From the NCBI GenBank assembly GCA_000320545.1, contig ADNK01001725.1, positions 1 through 64,000 on the forward strand: 64,000 nucleotides of DNA, read 5' to 3'. Positions 41,495 to 55,863 of this stretch are shown piece by piece. The notes under the pieces were generated by a model. It was not told the origin of the DNA. It made no database searches and was given only the letters and a program-made list of their open reading frames with translations. The translations under genes were made by a program, and so were the position numbers. This DNA comes from Bigelowiella natans CCMP2755. Taxonomy: Eukaryota > Protista > Cercozoa. Position 1 is the stretch's first letter; every line of letters starts with the position of its first letter.

Positions 41495-42447
41495 ATGCGG
41501 CGAAGATTAGTGTCCCTGGCCGAGGGCATCAACCCGATAAACTTTCGGCTTTACGAGCATAAATTCAAGAAGCATGTAACACGGGATGTGTTCGTTGCGT
41601 CGGCAGTTATCAACGTAGTCACCGCCGTTGTTTTCGTAGTATTCTCTTGGTACTTCTTTAGTCAGGAGACCGAAAAATCCGACGTTGTGGTCTCTTCGAA
41701 TCGTTTTCCCGGATACGACTGTAGCATCCTACAGTGCATGTACCGAGAATTCTCAGATGAGTTGAACGGAGTCGTTGAGGTGCCACTATGGTGCAACATA
41801 ACACACAAGAACTTGACTACGCCGAATAGTGGTAGCATTGATGTCTCCACCGTGCAAAAAACTTTCCATGCAAATATTAACGGCACTTCCGACTCTCCCT
41901 TAATGTATCAGAATATATACTTTGCGAAAACTGATGCATGCAACCTTGGAAGTAAATCCAGCTGGGATATTTCTCATTTCTCTTCATATTCAAAGCTGCA
42001 TTACATCCCAGGAGTGGGCGGTGGAAACATAACGGTCGTTGAACTTTATAGCCTGATCTAAAATTTTAGCATCTAATCACTTGTAATGTGACAAATTAGG
42101 AAATACTGTGTAGCTACCCTAACTATTACAGTGTAGATCACGAGAATATGGTTGTGCATGAGAACAACTGCACAAGCGAGGACTACTTTAATGCTATTTG
42201 GCTCTACTTTGAAGCGAGGATATGCAAACCTTGGATTGACTTTGCTCCGTATTCGTGCAAGAAGACAGAACGTGTAAAAAGGTATACATTTTTAGGAAGT
42301 ATGTCGTTAGCTGCTTCTGGCGCTGCTCTGTTCTACGTGCTGGCATCTGCTTTTGGCGCTCAGATAATAAAAATGGAAAGTCTTTCTGCAGAAGAGCAGC
42401 TTGATGAAAAGTCGTACGAGAGGATCTTACAAAATATAGATGAATGA
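41495..42447 (+). CDS. Hypothetical two-TM membrane protein with a Cys-rich, N-glycosylated loop
   Basis: Exons 41495-42034 and 42100-42447 join in phase (NIT|EILCSYPNYY). TM1 VFVASAVINVVTAVVFVVFSWYFF; TM2 region FLGSMSLAASGAALFYVLASAFG; several N-x-S/T sequons. Confidence 0.7.
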
Positions 42448-42479
42448 TTCAGAGAGAAAACGGTCTCCACTGGCTCTGC

Positions 42480-43110
42480 GAACGTTGTTTCTATCATATA
42501 CTATCACGAGAATGTGACATAATTTACCAATGCAACTTGTAACGTGGTCAAGCAAGTCACCACAAAAACATGTCTAGCCTATGCAACGGACAGTCATAGA
42601 AGTGTCAAAATTATATTCGCATGTTTCACATGTTTCTGTGGGCGAGAGTACTACTGGCTGCTAAATTGGCACTAGGTTACATCACTAGATCACTTAACTG
42701 CAGCGTCAGACTACTCAGCCCATGTAGCCATCTACATCATCAGAGGCTTGAGAGGTTTTCAAATAACTGGAGATGTGTTAGATGCATGCGCACAGTCTAG
42801 ATGGTGCTATGCTGGGGCTCCTTGGACATTGCACAAACAATAGATCGACAATTTGCACATAAATGTTACAACGCAATCTAGCAATTACAATGATCACACA
42901 CACACACACACACACACACGCGCGCGCGCACACACAACGTATGTGTGTACATCCAGACAGTAAATACATCAAGACATGGCTATCTAGCATTCCTGATGTT
43001 CAACATTCTGCACATGTTTCTATGTACATATAATTTGCTAGTTTGCAGGCATAGCGCGTCGCAAACGCATGGCGGGGCTATCTGAATAATCATTTAACTA
43101 CATTGTGACG
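42480..43110. other. Partially TpA-depleted spacer between convergent genes
   Basis: Rich in CATG and CTAG with reduced but not absent TA. Similar weaker zones at ~29490-29900, ~49310-49760 and ~56700-57350. Confidence 0.55.
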
Positions 43111-43232
43111 CGCGTAAGCAACGTAACCACGTGTATACATCATTCTAATTTAAACAAATTCAATTCGTCATGCGCATCAGGACCGAAAAGCACGGTGTAT
43201 TTGCGATCAATGCCCAGTACAACATGCATATC

Positions 43233-43686
43233 TTATATCTCTTTTCCTTTACGGGGGAAAAATGCTTCAAGCCTACTAGCATTCTTCTTTCTCGTTTGAT
43301 GACGAGCACGGGCAGCGTCAGCTTCGATCTCTTTCTGAATGTGAAGAGGAAGCTCCGCAAGGACTAAAGGATCCAACTTACTGTAATCATACTGTGTGCG
43401 TCTCCTTTTTGTGGAGATGAATTTGTTTCTCCTGCAATTGGTTTGGCCGCGTGCTACTTCTAGGTTTCTGCGGAACGGATCAGGTTTTAGCTTACTGGTG
43501 CTACTGGTGCTACACACTGGGCTTGAATGGAGATCAAACATTTTATCTATGCGTTTATTCATTCTCGATGTAGCGAGGGAATCCACCGAATCGATGGCCG
43601 AAGAGCTTACAATAACTTCATTAGTCATTTTCCGAAATGGCAGGTTCTCTCTTGGCTGATTCTCTTTTGATTTAGAATTTATGCCA

Positions 43687-43720
<34 letters not shown>

Positions 43721-45926
43721 GGGATGCTGACGACCACGAAGAAAAACAGGTTTTTCGTGGAATCGCCAGCTTCGTGTCAGTACGTCCTGGGGATCGTTTA
43801 TGAGAATAGCCAGCCTGTTGCGGTCGACAATCTTCCTTTTTCGGCTCGCTTTCGGATATCTTCAAATTCGTTTGCATTTTATTTCTATGCAAGAAACGCT
43901 CGATGCCCTTTGTAGGAGGAGCTAGCTTGCTGATGTTGCCAGCGCTGCTGCTGCTATTGCCACTAGTGTCTGTGGCATTTTTATCATTGCCTCTTCTGCT
44001 GCCTTCATCGTCATCGTTAAAACTAAAAAAACTTGGAGTATACTTCTGGCTTCCTACAGTAGAAGATGATTTATTACGATTCGTATCAAGCAGTACATTC
44101 ATCCTCACACCCATTAGCCGTAATGTCAGACTCCGTTTCTGCAGTGATGCTTTTGCAATCTCAGCCTCCAGAAGCTGCAGCGCGGCATTTATCATATCGT
44201 CGGCACTATTAACGTAGCGATCCAAAGTAACAGCGCGCGTATGAACAACGAATTTAGAATCTTTGAGCTTGATAGTGAGGCACTTCCCCATAGTTTTGCT
44301 CTTCTCCATGCGAGATGCTACAAGCTGGCACAGCTCCACGCACTTCTTCCGCAAGAATCGCCTGTCTGAGGTTGCCCGAAAGGTTCGTTCATTTCCGATG
44401 CCTTTCCTCACTGAAGTACCTTGACGAAGGCACCGACATTTATTGACCCCAACTGCTGCCCTAAGAAGCCAGGTTGATGTCTTCTTCGAGTAGTACTCCA
44501 GAATGAGAGGAGCACCTTCGCCTATTACTTGCTGGCACTTCGTTATCCCAAGCTCATTGAGCACTCTTTCCATTACTTTTCCCACGCCAGGTAGCTTGCG
44601 GACATTCAAATTTGCCATGAACGTGGAGACACTTTCGCGAGATGATTCGAGGTGATATTGGCCATTAGGTTTGTTAAGATCGGAGCAAATCTTGGCGAGA
44701 GTCCGGGAAGAAGCTATACCTGAGTGAGACAAAGCACGAAAGTAAATGGTTATCATTGCCATACGATCAGCGTTTTCGTAGCTGATTTGAATTAGGGTTT
44801 GTTTTACCTGCAGATGCCGTTAGTCTGGTGACTTGAAATATTCTTTCACGGATCTCAGTTGCTATAATTGCGCCCAGCCTACCAGCCTCAACGCACCGAT
44901 CTTTTGAAAACTCAATATACCGGCAGTTGATGGGCGGCCTTTGATTTTTATCATTTACATTTTCATTGCCTTCGTGGGCATCGACGATTTCGTACACTCC
45001 TCCTTTAGTACTACCTTGTATACATTTTAGCTCAGTGTTGCCACTATCGCAAGCAGTTGTATCGCCATCTTTAACTTCTCCTGATCGTTGCTTCAGGTCT
45101 TCATAGTTGTCGATAATGTATTGTGTGAGATCCACGGAAGCTTCATCCAAACTGACGGCTTCGAAGTCAGGGTCATAGTCTCGAAGAATTTCTCTGACTT
45201 GGGAGGCGACATGTGTGTACTTCTTAAAGTTGGGCCGGACGAAGATCAGCGACGGGCAAAGCTTTTTGCCCATGAACCCTGGCATTGCTGATCGAACTCC
45301 GAACTTACGCGCTTCGTAGTTCGCGGTGGAGATCATGCCCATTCCTCCTATGGCAACTGGCTTACCTTTCAGTGAAGGATTGTCTCGAATCTCTACTGCA
45401 GCATAAAACATATCCATATCGATATGCATCCATGTGTGGCAGAAGGAAACCTAAGGGGCAGCGATTCAACCAAATTGTAACTCGAAATTTGTATGTTACG
45501 CTTCACCTGTTTCTGTAGGCCATGAATAAGCCTTCTTGTTGAAGCTTGCTGAAGCTCAGTGAGATGATTGCCAGCTGATTTCCGTTTTCGAAGATGCAAT
45601 ATTTTCTCTTTTATTCTCCTCAGCTTAGCCTCTACTACCTCAGCCTTTCGCTCCTCATTTTGAAAGTATGCAGAGTTCTTCGAAGATTCATATAAAATCT
45701 TGTTGATTCGAGCTCTTTCCTCTTCTTTCGTGCTGAGTGACACAAGAGTTAGGGAATGGGAGTTAAGGCATGGGAGTAAGAAGATGCATAAAACGAACCC
45801 TGCTTTTGCGTTGGCGAACACGAGGAGACTTCTAGCACGTTTTTCAATCTGAGAGAGCGTCAACTTCTCGCCACTTTCTCCATCCACCTCAGATCCCGTC
45901 TGTGTGTCTTTGTATTCATCCTTCAT
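43233..45926 (-). CDS. POLK: DNA polymerase kappa (Y family, DinB-like), multi-exon
   Basis: N-clasp NAKAG...INKILYESSKNSAYFQNE; HIDMDMFYAAVE; ISTANYEARKFGVRSAMPGF; SLDEA; LTASAG|IA; LAKICSDLNKPNGQ; LPGVGKV; RKGIGNERTF; LRLMGVRM; C-terminal UBM-like LDPLVLAELPLHIQKEI and PIP-like LEAFF. Confidence 0.95.
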
Positions 45927-46412
45927 GGTCGAACTATTCAGCAGGGCCCTTACCAACGTTAACTGCTGAGCATGTTTAGTGAAGAGAGGGCTACGATACA
46001 CGTTCCAGCCTAACTCCCTCCGTTTAAGGATTTCTAGCTGTTAGAACGTAGGAGGTAAAACATGTAAGACAAGATGAAAGCTATGTCTCTACGATAATAC
46101 TCTGCTCCCTCATCCGGCTATCTTTCCGATGTAAAGGTGACGGGAAGGTCTTCCGAAGGCTTTCTTTCTGAGGAGTGAAACAGGGCATAAATTCATCGTA
46201 AAACTATCGTAAGGATCTGCCACGTAGCTTGCAGTCGGATGGTCAGGTTGCTAGTATAAATAGGCAATGCTATTTTCCTTGTGCAACTTTTTCTTCACAA
46301 CAAACACAACAACTACATACACGGGGCTCATGAACACCATCGACGGCAGAAAGCATCATTAACACCCCCCTCCCCACCCTTAATCCTCTCCTAAACCTCC
46401 ACCCTGGCGAGC

Positions 46413-47159
46413 ATGTCGACGCAATTTGATGTAAAGGAGATATTGAATTTTGAATCTGACGACGAAGTTGACAGCAGCTCAGATGCAGGCACTTTGCAGC
46501 CGAATAATACCTCAGGTGGACCGAATAACCCCTAGCCAGTTTCTTCTCCAATGTTGAGCCCTAAAGCAACTCCATCGATTATTTTTGAATTACAAGTAGA
46601 TGGCGAGAAGGATAAAGAGGAAGATGAAGTAGTGGAGGATAAAGTAGAAGGTCAAGGGGTCAACAACAACTCTGAGGTGGAGGCTGACAGGTCTGGAATA
46701 ATAGAAGAATTGCAGCAGCAAAGACTCCCAGGAAAACGCACCCAGCGTTACTTTATTGGCAACGGAGCATACGCAACACCGTAGGGCGACGAAACTCATC
46801 GCTAATCAATCAACCTAAAGACTTATCTGAACAAATGCTTGCTTTGATGCAATATTGGATCATTCGTCTTTTTCTTCATGAATTCACTCCTTGTTATGCC
46901 TGGTGATTCTTTTTGAAGCGACGGCGATGCGCCATGTAAAGTATGCGGTCTTCATCACGGCGGTGATCCTTACAACTGCCCTAATGATCTCTGCAAGATA
47001 TGCCTGAAACCTGGCCATATGTCCTGGTAGAGAAGATATCACGAACAAATTATTAAAAAGCACTTCTTCTGTAACTTATTCCAATGAGCATGCGAGCTCT
47101 CGCCTCCTGGACTGGTTTTACAATCTGAAAGTCACAATCAGCAATATCTAAACAGATAC

Positions 47160-47192
<33 letters not shown>

Positions 47193-48418
47193 GCTAGCAT
47201 GCTTGCCTGGAGCGTTAACTGTCTACTGTTTTGAAATTCACGCGTTGTGCTTCTATCTCTACAGGGACTGTACAGAGATAATACCCAAAAGCAGAAAGCC
47301 ATTAAGTAGTCTGGCGGTTTGCTATAGGTAAAGTTGGCTAATTTCTGCAACTTAGAAGTGGCTTTTATAAACCTAACGCTATCTGGTGGAACGAACTGTG
47401 CGTCTTCTCACATCTGAGGGTTCAGAGTCAATAAACGTGAATTATTCAAACCTGTTTTTTGTGCTGCAGATGCGGAAAGAATGGGCATGAGGCCAAGGAT
47501 TGCTCCGCAGCATCTCCGAACATGCGATCTGTCACATGCATGGTTCTATGAGCTATTAACCCCGACATGATTTTTTTATGTTACCGTTCTACAAGTTCCT
47601 CGTCGAAGCAGCATATTCCTACCACTTTATCAACTGTCTCCATCATTCGTGATGATGGTGTTGACGATCATCAGGCTTGTTTCAGGAAAGGACATGTCAA
47701 CTGCCAAAAGCGCCCAGCATATCCGGTATTGTTCCTGTGTACAACGGCCATTGCGTATCAAAGAGAAAATAGTAGAGTTAACAATGGACCATACAATATG
47801 TGATTTTCATGTTTGTTCCCCTCTCTCCCTGTGCGCCCATCGTCGTCCTACCATTATCACAGAGGGCCGAAGCGCTACCTGCCGGCTGCCTGAATTGCGG
47901 TAGTAGGCAACAATATTTGCATTCATACATGGAAGGATGCGGGTATCTCTGATTATGATGTGGGTAGGGGAGAGAGCACACACTGTCCATGATGAAATTC
48001 TCCATCATCATCATCCTCATCATCATTATCATCATCCCATCCTCCTCCTCCTGCATGTGATAATGATATGGTAGGAGAGCCTCGCCATGGCTATGCGACA
48101 TGCCCTAAGCCAAAGCAGAGGTGAAACAACAAAGATATCAATATATAATAGGAGTTCCGTACTTACCAATGACTACTCACACATCTAATGCCCCCCTCCT
48201 CTCTCCTCCGCTCCCTCGATTGGTGTGCGATTCTTCTACCAGGTCTCTACACAGTAGGTCATCGCCGCATACTTCACGCTTTGAGGTACTGCTACACACT
48301 CACGACAGCCATTAGCGAATGGTGACTATGAGGGTGGCATCCATTTATACCCTTGATCTTGCCTATTTGTGCTTTTTCACTTCGGTTTACGCATTTCCGA
48401 ATCCTCGTCATCCTCATC

Positions 48419-48449
<31 letters not shown>

Positions 48450-49248
48450 TTATCATTATCATCATCATTATCTCAGTGCTTTGCGTGTGGAGGAGTCGGT
48501 CACAAAGCTGCCGATTGTCCGAAGGGCCCTGCCTGCTTCAACTGCAATCAGCGGGGTCACATGATAAAGGACTGCCCCCAACTTATCCGCAAGAGAACCA
48601 AAAAAAGTAGCAACAAAGCTGCCTTTATTATGAGTCATGTTGCTAATTTGCGTCATGATAACGTTTCATATTTGTCATCGATATCCAGCAACGATGCATT
48701 GCTACGTGTGCGGCCGGAACGATCATACGGCTAGCCAGTGTTTCCGGCGTCACAGGCAAAAGTATGGCAACAACAATAATAGTCCCCACACAAAGGGAGG
48801 AGGGGGGGGTGAAGGGCGTGTGGACGGAGGCCAACAGCGCTACAAGAGATCAAGTAGAGGAGAGAGAAACCAACGACAAGAGCAGAAATCAAATATAAGG
48901 TGATGATGCGGGAATAGCAGTAAGCATTGGGAGTTCAGGGAAAACGCATTGTTTTGGTTAAGAATCAGAACTTTTGCCGTTATAATCTATCTTTTCTGTA
49001 GTAGGCTGAATGAAGACGCACAAAATGGGACCCAGGAAGAGATCACCAAAAGCGGGAAAAAGAAGAAAAAGAAGAGGAGGAAACGGAAGAGGGATGATGA
49101 CACCAATATACAAAGGCCCCCCACGGGGGATGGTAGATCGAAGAAGAAAAAGGGAAGAAAGAGGCCCAAGTCGCAGACGAACAAAGGACGGCCTGGAAAT
49201 ATCGAAGGGAGCGGGAAGAAAAATAAAAGGTCACGGCATCGTAAATAA
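46413..49248 (+). CDS. Multi-CCHC zinc-knuckle RNA-binding protein (Air1/Air2/ZCCHC7-like)
   Basis: Acidic N-terminus and QRYF motif, then CKICLKPGHMSWDC, CYRCGKNGHEAKDC, CFACGGVGHKAADC, CFNCNQRGHMIKDC and CYVCGRNDHTASQC, and a Lys/Arg-rich tail ending at 49248. Confidence 0.8.
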
Positions 49249-49966
49249 TGAGATGAGATTATTGCAACAACCGCTGGCAACTAGTTTTTCTGCATTTATT
49301 GATCAATGACAGAAGAACGACGCAGCGCATTAGTACATAGCACGGCATCACTTGTCTATCTTGTAAGCTGCTAGCATACTACGTACATACGTTCATGTTA
49401 TAATGTACTCGGTTTTGCGCCATGGCACGCTATGGGTGTGCGTGACCGCATAATAAAAAATCCGTAGTATCCCGCGCAATAACAATTCTATCATTTCGCA
49501 GATTTACATATAGCCTCATGGTCGCCGCCATACTTTCATACACAAGCGACATTGCTTAACCTCGCGATTCTAGCTGTATGTTCCGCGGCATTGCAGCTCC
49601 ATGCCTATTATTAAACCTAGAGATACATTATTTGCATTTTCAAATGCAAGCATTTTTCATTGGGCTTTCGGGCTAGCTTGCGATGCAATTCATGGGCTGA
49701 GCGAAATAAGATTACATGCATTGCAAGATGCAAGACTTTTGATTACGGAGCTTCTTCAATTGTTTTAAAATGATAATCGACAAAGAACTCCAGGATTTGT
49801 ACAAATGGCTATCTTGTAAACTCGCCATGTCCCTCTTACAACTGGTGCACGCCAATGGAGGATCGTCACACCATCTAATTTCTTTGAACCACCAATCTGC
49901 AGTGCTGCTTATTGAATATTTTAAAGTTTGTGTACATTGGTGTGAAATTCAGCATTAATGGATTGC

Positions 49967-52900
49967 TCAGTGCAGTCCAGCATCTTGGAGCTGCTTTAAG
50001 ACGTCGTCGTAACTCGTCCGCGTGAAGCTCGACATTGTTCTTTCCACAGCGAAACCTTTGTTAACATCGAGTAAATTCCTGTTTTCTTCTTCTTTGGTCG
50101 CTATTTTATCGTCATTGTTCCCGTTTTCATCTGGTCCCTCCGCACTTCGAGCCGGTACCACACCCGGCAGCTGCTGCTGGGGTTGTTGCCATTCATGCTG
50201 CTGCCGATCGCCGTTGTCACTTCCTATCGTTTTTGTATCCCTGTCGTCGAGGAGAGAATTCTGGGAATGTGACAATTCTTCGTTGGATTTATTTCCATCG
50301 GGGAAGTATAGCCCTGCCGCTGCCTTCTGCTCCTTGTTATCAATCGTTGTGGAGGTACTGTTCTCATTGGCGTTGCCTTTCTTATTCTTAACATCGGCTT
50401 CAGAACTCAGTGGGAAGAAGAGGCGCTTGCTGCCCTCATCAGTGTTAGTACTTAAACCTGTAGCCGAGCGCTGCTCACTGTCATCGTCATCTTGGGAGAT
50501 GGAGTTGTCGCGGCCTTCGAAAAAGTTTTTGATCGGTGGCTTCTCACTATTTTTGGTTTTGCTGGCATTGGATCGGAAGGAAGGGGAAGGCAGCTCAATA
50601 TTCATATTTCCCAGCTCCCCATCATCTTCATCTTTGTCCGAAATTGGCTGGACGGTAGAGGAGTTGGAGGAGCGGCAGCAGCAGCAGCAACACACCATTA
50701 TGAGTATCATCACCACTAGACCCCAACCCACTGCAGCCACTATCATAAAGCTAATGCCAAACATAAAAGAAGACGACGAATCTCCACCAGAAGAAGTAGT
50801 GGTGGTTGCCTGAATAATGAAGGGGAAAAAGACAAATTCTGTTGGGATTATGGAAATAAATTTCTATTTCTTAAACAATACGGGTGAATGAATTTACCCT
50901 ATTCAGCAATATCATTCAAATGCAAGTGAGAGGTGCCTCTCTGTGTAAATTCTCCCCTCTTCCACACCCGCCCCCCCCTCGTTCGTTTTCACAACTCCCA
51001 ATCCGAATACCGCTATTGGCGTTTGGCCGTCATATATTCTGGAGGAGGCATTGACACTTGTCGGAGTGTGTGGAAACCTAGGAACTGCTTGGGACCAATT
51101 GCTCTGAATTTGAGTCGCGAAGCTTGTCGAGCGCGTTGTCGCCATACGTATCTCGTATGCCACCAGCACAGAACCGCAGGATTTTTGCAAGGACACCATT
51201 GAACTTGATGTGTGGGCTGCACATGCCAGGGCTGTTGGGATGGGGAGAGAGCGATGCAGAAATGAGTTGTGATGATGACTGCGGATAACAGGTAGCATGA
51301 ATTCTGTTCTTTACAGCACACGCACGAGGTTGGGGATAGGCGAATGCTGTTTCTCTTCGAACGAAAGGACGCGATACAAAGTTAGTTATTTTTAGATTGG
51401 GCGTTGGTAACTAAGAGAAATTCTGAATGACGAAGGAAGTTGTACCGTTTGTGAGATCTGTGATAAGGTTTGGGGTGGTGCACGTCAGGCTTTGAAACAG
51501 CAACTCCCCACTCACGATCGACATGGAAATCGATGACGATGTCAAGTCTGAGAAAATAGAATTTTGCGGAAGAGAATCATGAAAAACACATCAGCGCATT
51601 CGTTAATGTCTTCTCCCCACCACCAACTAGCCGAACAAGTGTGTCATCGAATATTGCACGGTGCAAAAAGTGATGGGACGAAGGATGAGAGTTCTTGTAT
51701 AATTTTAAATCTCTTTCCTCACCATCTGATAAACATGGCGTGGGAGCAGCGGTCGCCTGGAGAGTTACTTGCGGAGAGGATGTAGGTCCAGCAGTGGAGA
51801 ATACTGATGGACCTAATGTTGGAGATGTGGAAGGAGCGATTGATGGAGAGGAGGAGGAAGGAGAGCATGATGGGTTAAGTGTAGCGGTGGGTGCTCGAGA
51901 AGAAGGTTGTGGAGCTTGAGTTGCAGGAGACATTGATGAAGGGGATATGCTGGGCATCGATGACGGAGAACCCGTTGGAGATCCTAAGAGAGGAAGAAGG
52001 AGGAGAAGCACAGCGAAAGGGAGAAGAAATGATTAGTAACGACCGTAACAACATATATGGTTCATGGCAATCGCACGATCCCCGACGATATACATACCTG
52101 TATTAATCACAGGGGACGCTGAAGGTGATGATGAGGGGGCTGAGGTCGGCATTCTACTCGGGGCTGCACTTGGCATCGTTGTAGGTGATAATGAGGGGGC
52201 TCCGGAAGAAACAACCGGAGAAGACGTTGGTTCACCGGTTGGTGTCAAAGAGGGAGAGAAAGAGGGTGCGAAAGAGGGTGATGCTGTAGGGTCGGTGTTA
52301 GGTGTACACGAAGGAGCGTGAGAGGGGGAGGATGATGGATGAGAGGAAGGCGATACTGAAGGCGATGTTGTCGGCACAGCCTATTGGAAATTCATTTATT
52401 TGTGAGAGTTGTGAAAAATAGTAGCAACGAACAAGAGGCGATTCATAATCGGTTTTCAAACCTCAATAAGGTCCTAGACAATTCACCATCATCATTATTA
52501 TCAACAAACTACTGCTTGTACTGCTTCGCCTACTACCGTAGGCACACTGGAAGGATTGCTCGAATGCGGAGTGGAAGTAGGGGAGGTTGTTGGAGCGCTA
52601 GTTGGGTCACGCGTAGGCGCGAGAGAGGGCGAACTACTCGGTGATGGCGACGGTGCTGCTGACGGATTTGAAGATGGAGAATGTGATGGGGTGTGGGAAG
52701 GAGATGCTGTGCCTGATGTCGGTGAGAATGACGGAGCTATGCTAGGACAGACACTCGGGCCCTTTTAGTTAGATGATAAGGAAGTTCCATCGTAAGGATG
52801 ATAACATTAATAATAATGATGATGATGATGATAATGATGAGGAACAAGTAAGATGAAGATGGTGGTAATGACTAGCTGCTTTTTTGGAGCTGCGGCGAGA

Positions 52901-53991
52901 AAGAAAAACATGACAACTGATATTTACAACTTTACAACGAACATTTCACGCTAGGCAATTCATCATAGAAGACGTTATCCATCACGGAAATCATCCTTTT
53001 CTTTCACACCTTTGTCGGTGTTGTCGATGGCATCACGCTTGGGCCAAACGTGAAGGGCGCAGTTGTGGGAGAGGCCGACGGACAAGACGTAGGCGACGAG
53101 GTGGGAGAGAAAGATTGCGGTGAGATTGAGGGAGCAATACTGGGTGCTGAAGTTGGGGAAAGGCTAGGGCAACAACTTGGCGACACGCTGGGAGAAATTG
53201 TTGGATTTATGCTCGGGCAAAGGCTGGGAGCAGTGGTACTGCTAATTTTGGGAGAAGTAGAGGGGGATAGGGAAGGGCAAGAAGTTGGGCAACTACTTGG
53301 ACTTATGCTCGGGCCTAGGCTGGGAGAAGTGGTAGGGGCGACGCTAGGAACAGTGGAGGGGGACAGGGAAGGGCAAGAAGTGGGGCAACTACTCATGGCA
53401 CTGGGAGAAGTTGAGGGAACAGTTGTGGGGGTTGCAGAGGGGGAGAGTGTGGGGGAAACGCTTGGCGCTGTGGTTGGCGTAATCGAAGGTCCATTGCTGA
53501 GTAGCAAAATGCTTCAAAGGTGAACAAAATTGGAACCCAACAAATGTAGATATCACACATATCCATCATACACAGACAATGCACTACCTTGGGCTGGTAG
53601 TTGGTGCAGTGGAAGGTGAGTTCGTCGGGGATAATGTCATAGCTTGTTTCAGAGGAAGCGCTAATGTCCCGCTTGCCTCCGCAGCCTGCAACTCCGTTAA
53701 CCCATAGTTATTTTGCCCAACTTCCTCAAGGGCGCATCCAGCTAACAGTGCTTTTGGTGTTCCAGAAACACGCACGAGCGAAGGGTATCTACAGGAAGAG
53801 AAGAACTTCGTGTCGCCGTTGGTTATCAATATTTCGCCATCGAATCTGTGAAGTATACAAATCATTTGAGTCAATAATTCAGTCTACTTTTGGCCATCAT
53901 CATTATCATCATAATTATATCATTATGCTAACTATGCTAATAATCTCCGTCACTGTAAGTACTCTACTCCATCATATATTCGAAGATAAAG

Positions 53992-54028
<37 letters not shown>

Positions 54029-54320
54029 CGCGGTGCCCGTGTTGTTCCATATTGAGAAGTCGGATGAGAAGGCATGCGAAATCGCCATTAAACCGTCGCG
54101 CTCGTCAAAGAACAGGGCGTGGTAGATTCCGTTGGAATCGATATAAAAGTCAGGTTCTACTTGCCCTACTTCCCCTTCGTAAAGACCAAGTCCGAAAATA
54201 TTTGCCGAGGAAAACGTGTATGTTGCCGGATTGATCCAGTCACTCGCTGTCACCGTTCCTATTTGATGTTCAGTTGAAATTTATACAAGTGTACAGGTGT
54301 ATGCAGCCTGCACGCATGTA

Positions 54321-54351
<31 letters not shown>

Positions 54352-54369
54352 GCGGGGGGGGGGGGGGGG

Positions 54370-54405
<36 letters not shown>

Positions 54406-55209
54406 TCCGAATATGTACTTTCGTATTGGATGTATTTGAATACTCATCATGATAACTAACAAGGTACTGCTGTACCTATCAAGTAGCATGCTTCAGTAGG
54501 TTTTCCATGGCATGCCCGAATCATCCGATATAGCCCTCTTAGACTCCCATCCGCATAGATATGCGGTGACATTTGTAGAGAGTGATAATTCAAGTCTACT
54601 GGATCTGCGAGTAGAGATGGAGCTGCCCACGAGCTGTCTACATTAGGCGTCGTGGTGTATGAAACCCATGTTTTCAGGTCGAGAGCATATGCATCGTTGG
54701 TGCATTCACCGAACTTTGGTGCGAAAAGGTTGCTAGATATTGTAGTGTTAGTCGTGCAGTCGCATGGGGTAGTGCTGCTGTTGACATTTCCGTTGATGAC
54801 CTGCATGATGTGGGAATGGTAAACTCGTTAATCATATAACAACACAGCAATACATTATCTTTTAAAAAAACAATCTATTGCTGCCAGTTGGGTGATGAGT
54901 TTATATATGTGTGCACGCGTGCCCATTCGCATCATACATATCTCATCGTTGGAAAAAATGTCAATACATATATGGTTGGGACGACGTGTCATGATAAACG
55001 TGCATCAGTGCGCTGCTGGCTACCTCTGCGCTGAAGTACATGATGTACAAGCCGTTTGGTTCTCGAATCACTTTGGGGTCAAAAGAAAGAGCGGGGAACA
55101 CCACCCCTGTTTTCGAGTAAGGGCCGCTTGGGCTGCTAGCTGTTGCGTGGACAACCCGGCTGACAAGAAAAGGGTATAGATTTACTAACAATATCAATAG
55201 ATTGCACAC

Positions 55210-55252
<43 letters not shown>

Positions 55253-55863
55253 CAACAGAGTGACCAACGCATCTATCTATCTATATGAAGAAAATGCATG
55301 AAACCTTTTTGTTAAAGAAGGATCATATCATCGATCAGCACGCACCTATTTGCTTGCCACGCCGTATTCCCACATGACTTGATAACTTCTGTCGCCCACA
55401 TATGGTACGTGCTTGATGTCTGGTCATAGACAACTGTACCGCCGCGCGACGAGAGGGGTGTGCTGTCCCCAGCAGGGATATACCTAAACATCATTAAGGA
55501 AATTTCGTAGAAGTTCCCAGGATATTTGCTTCATTGCATACATTGTGTTTTATATATTAGCAGCTAATAAATAAATTTAAATGTGATTATAATATTATCT
55601 CAAATGCACAGCAATAGTCTCATTATCAACTTCATTGACCACTACCTACAACGCTGTTATTTATTCTTCTAATACGCCTACCCAAAGCTGTTGAGATTGA
55701 CAGTATCAATGCTGAAAACAGAGCAGCTGGTCCCTGTCCATCCCGCATAACAGATACATGCGCCATTCACGCATCCTCCGTTGTAGGAGCAATCTAAGCT
55801 CGACGTGCACGCATCAACGCCTCCCAAGATCGAGATTAGGAGAGTCCTGAACAATATCATCCC
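49967..55863 (-). CDS. Type I membrane protein: signal peptide, EGF-like domain, glycoside-hydrolase-like beta-propeller, long P-S/T-x-x-P stalk, TM and cytoplasmic tail
   Basis: MILFRTLLISILGGVDA; CTSSLDCSYNGGCVNGACICYAGWTGTSC; SSRGGTVVYD...YHMWATEV...CG...W...VVHATASSPSGPY...DPKV; repeat exons 51570-53640; TM FGISFMIVAAVGWGLVVMILIMV followed by CCCCCC. That all exons form one gene is inferred. Confidence 0.7.

Noticed and set aside
43233-45926. Pol kappa as the mutator behind TA loss
   Set aside because: Proximity is the only link. The gene looks like an ordinary POLK, and gene neighbourhood carries little functional information in eukaryotes.
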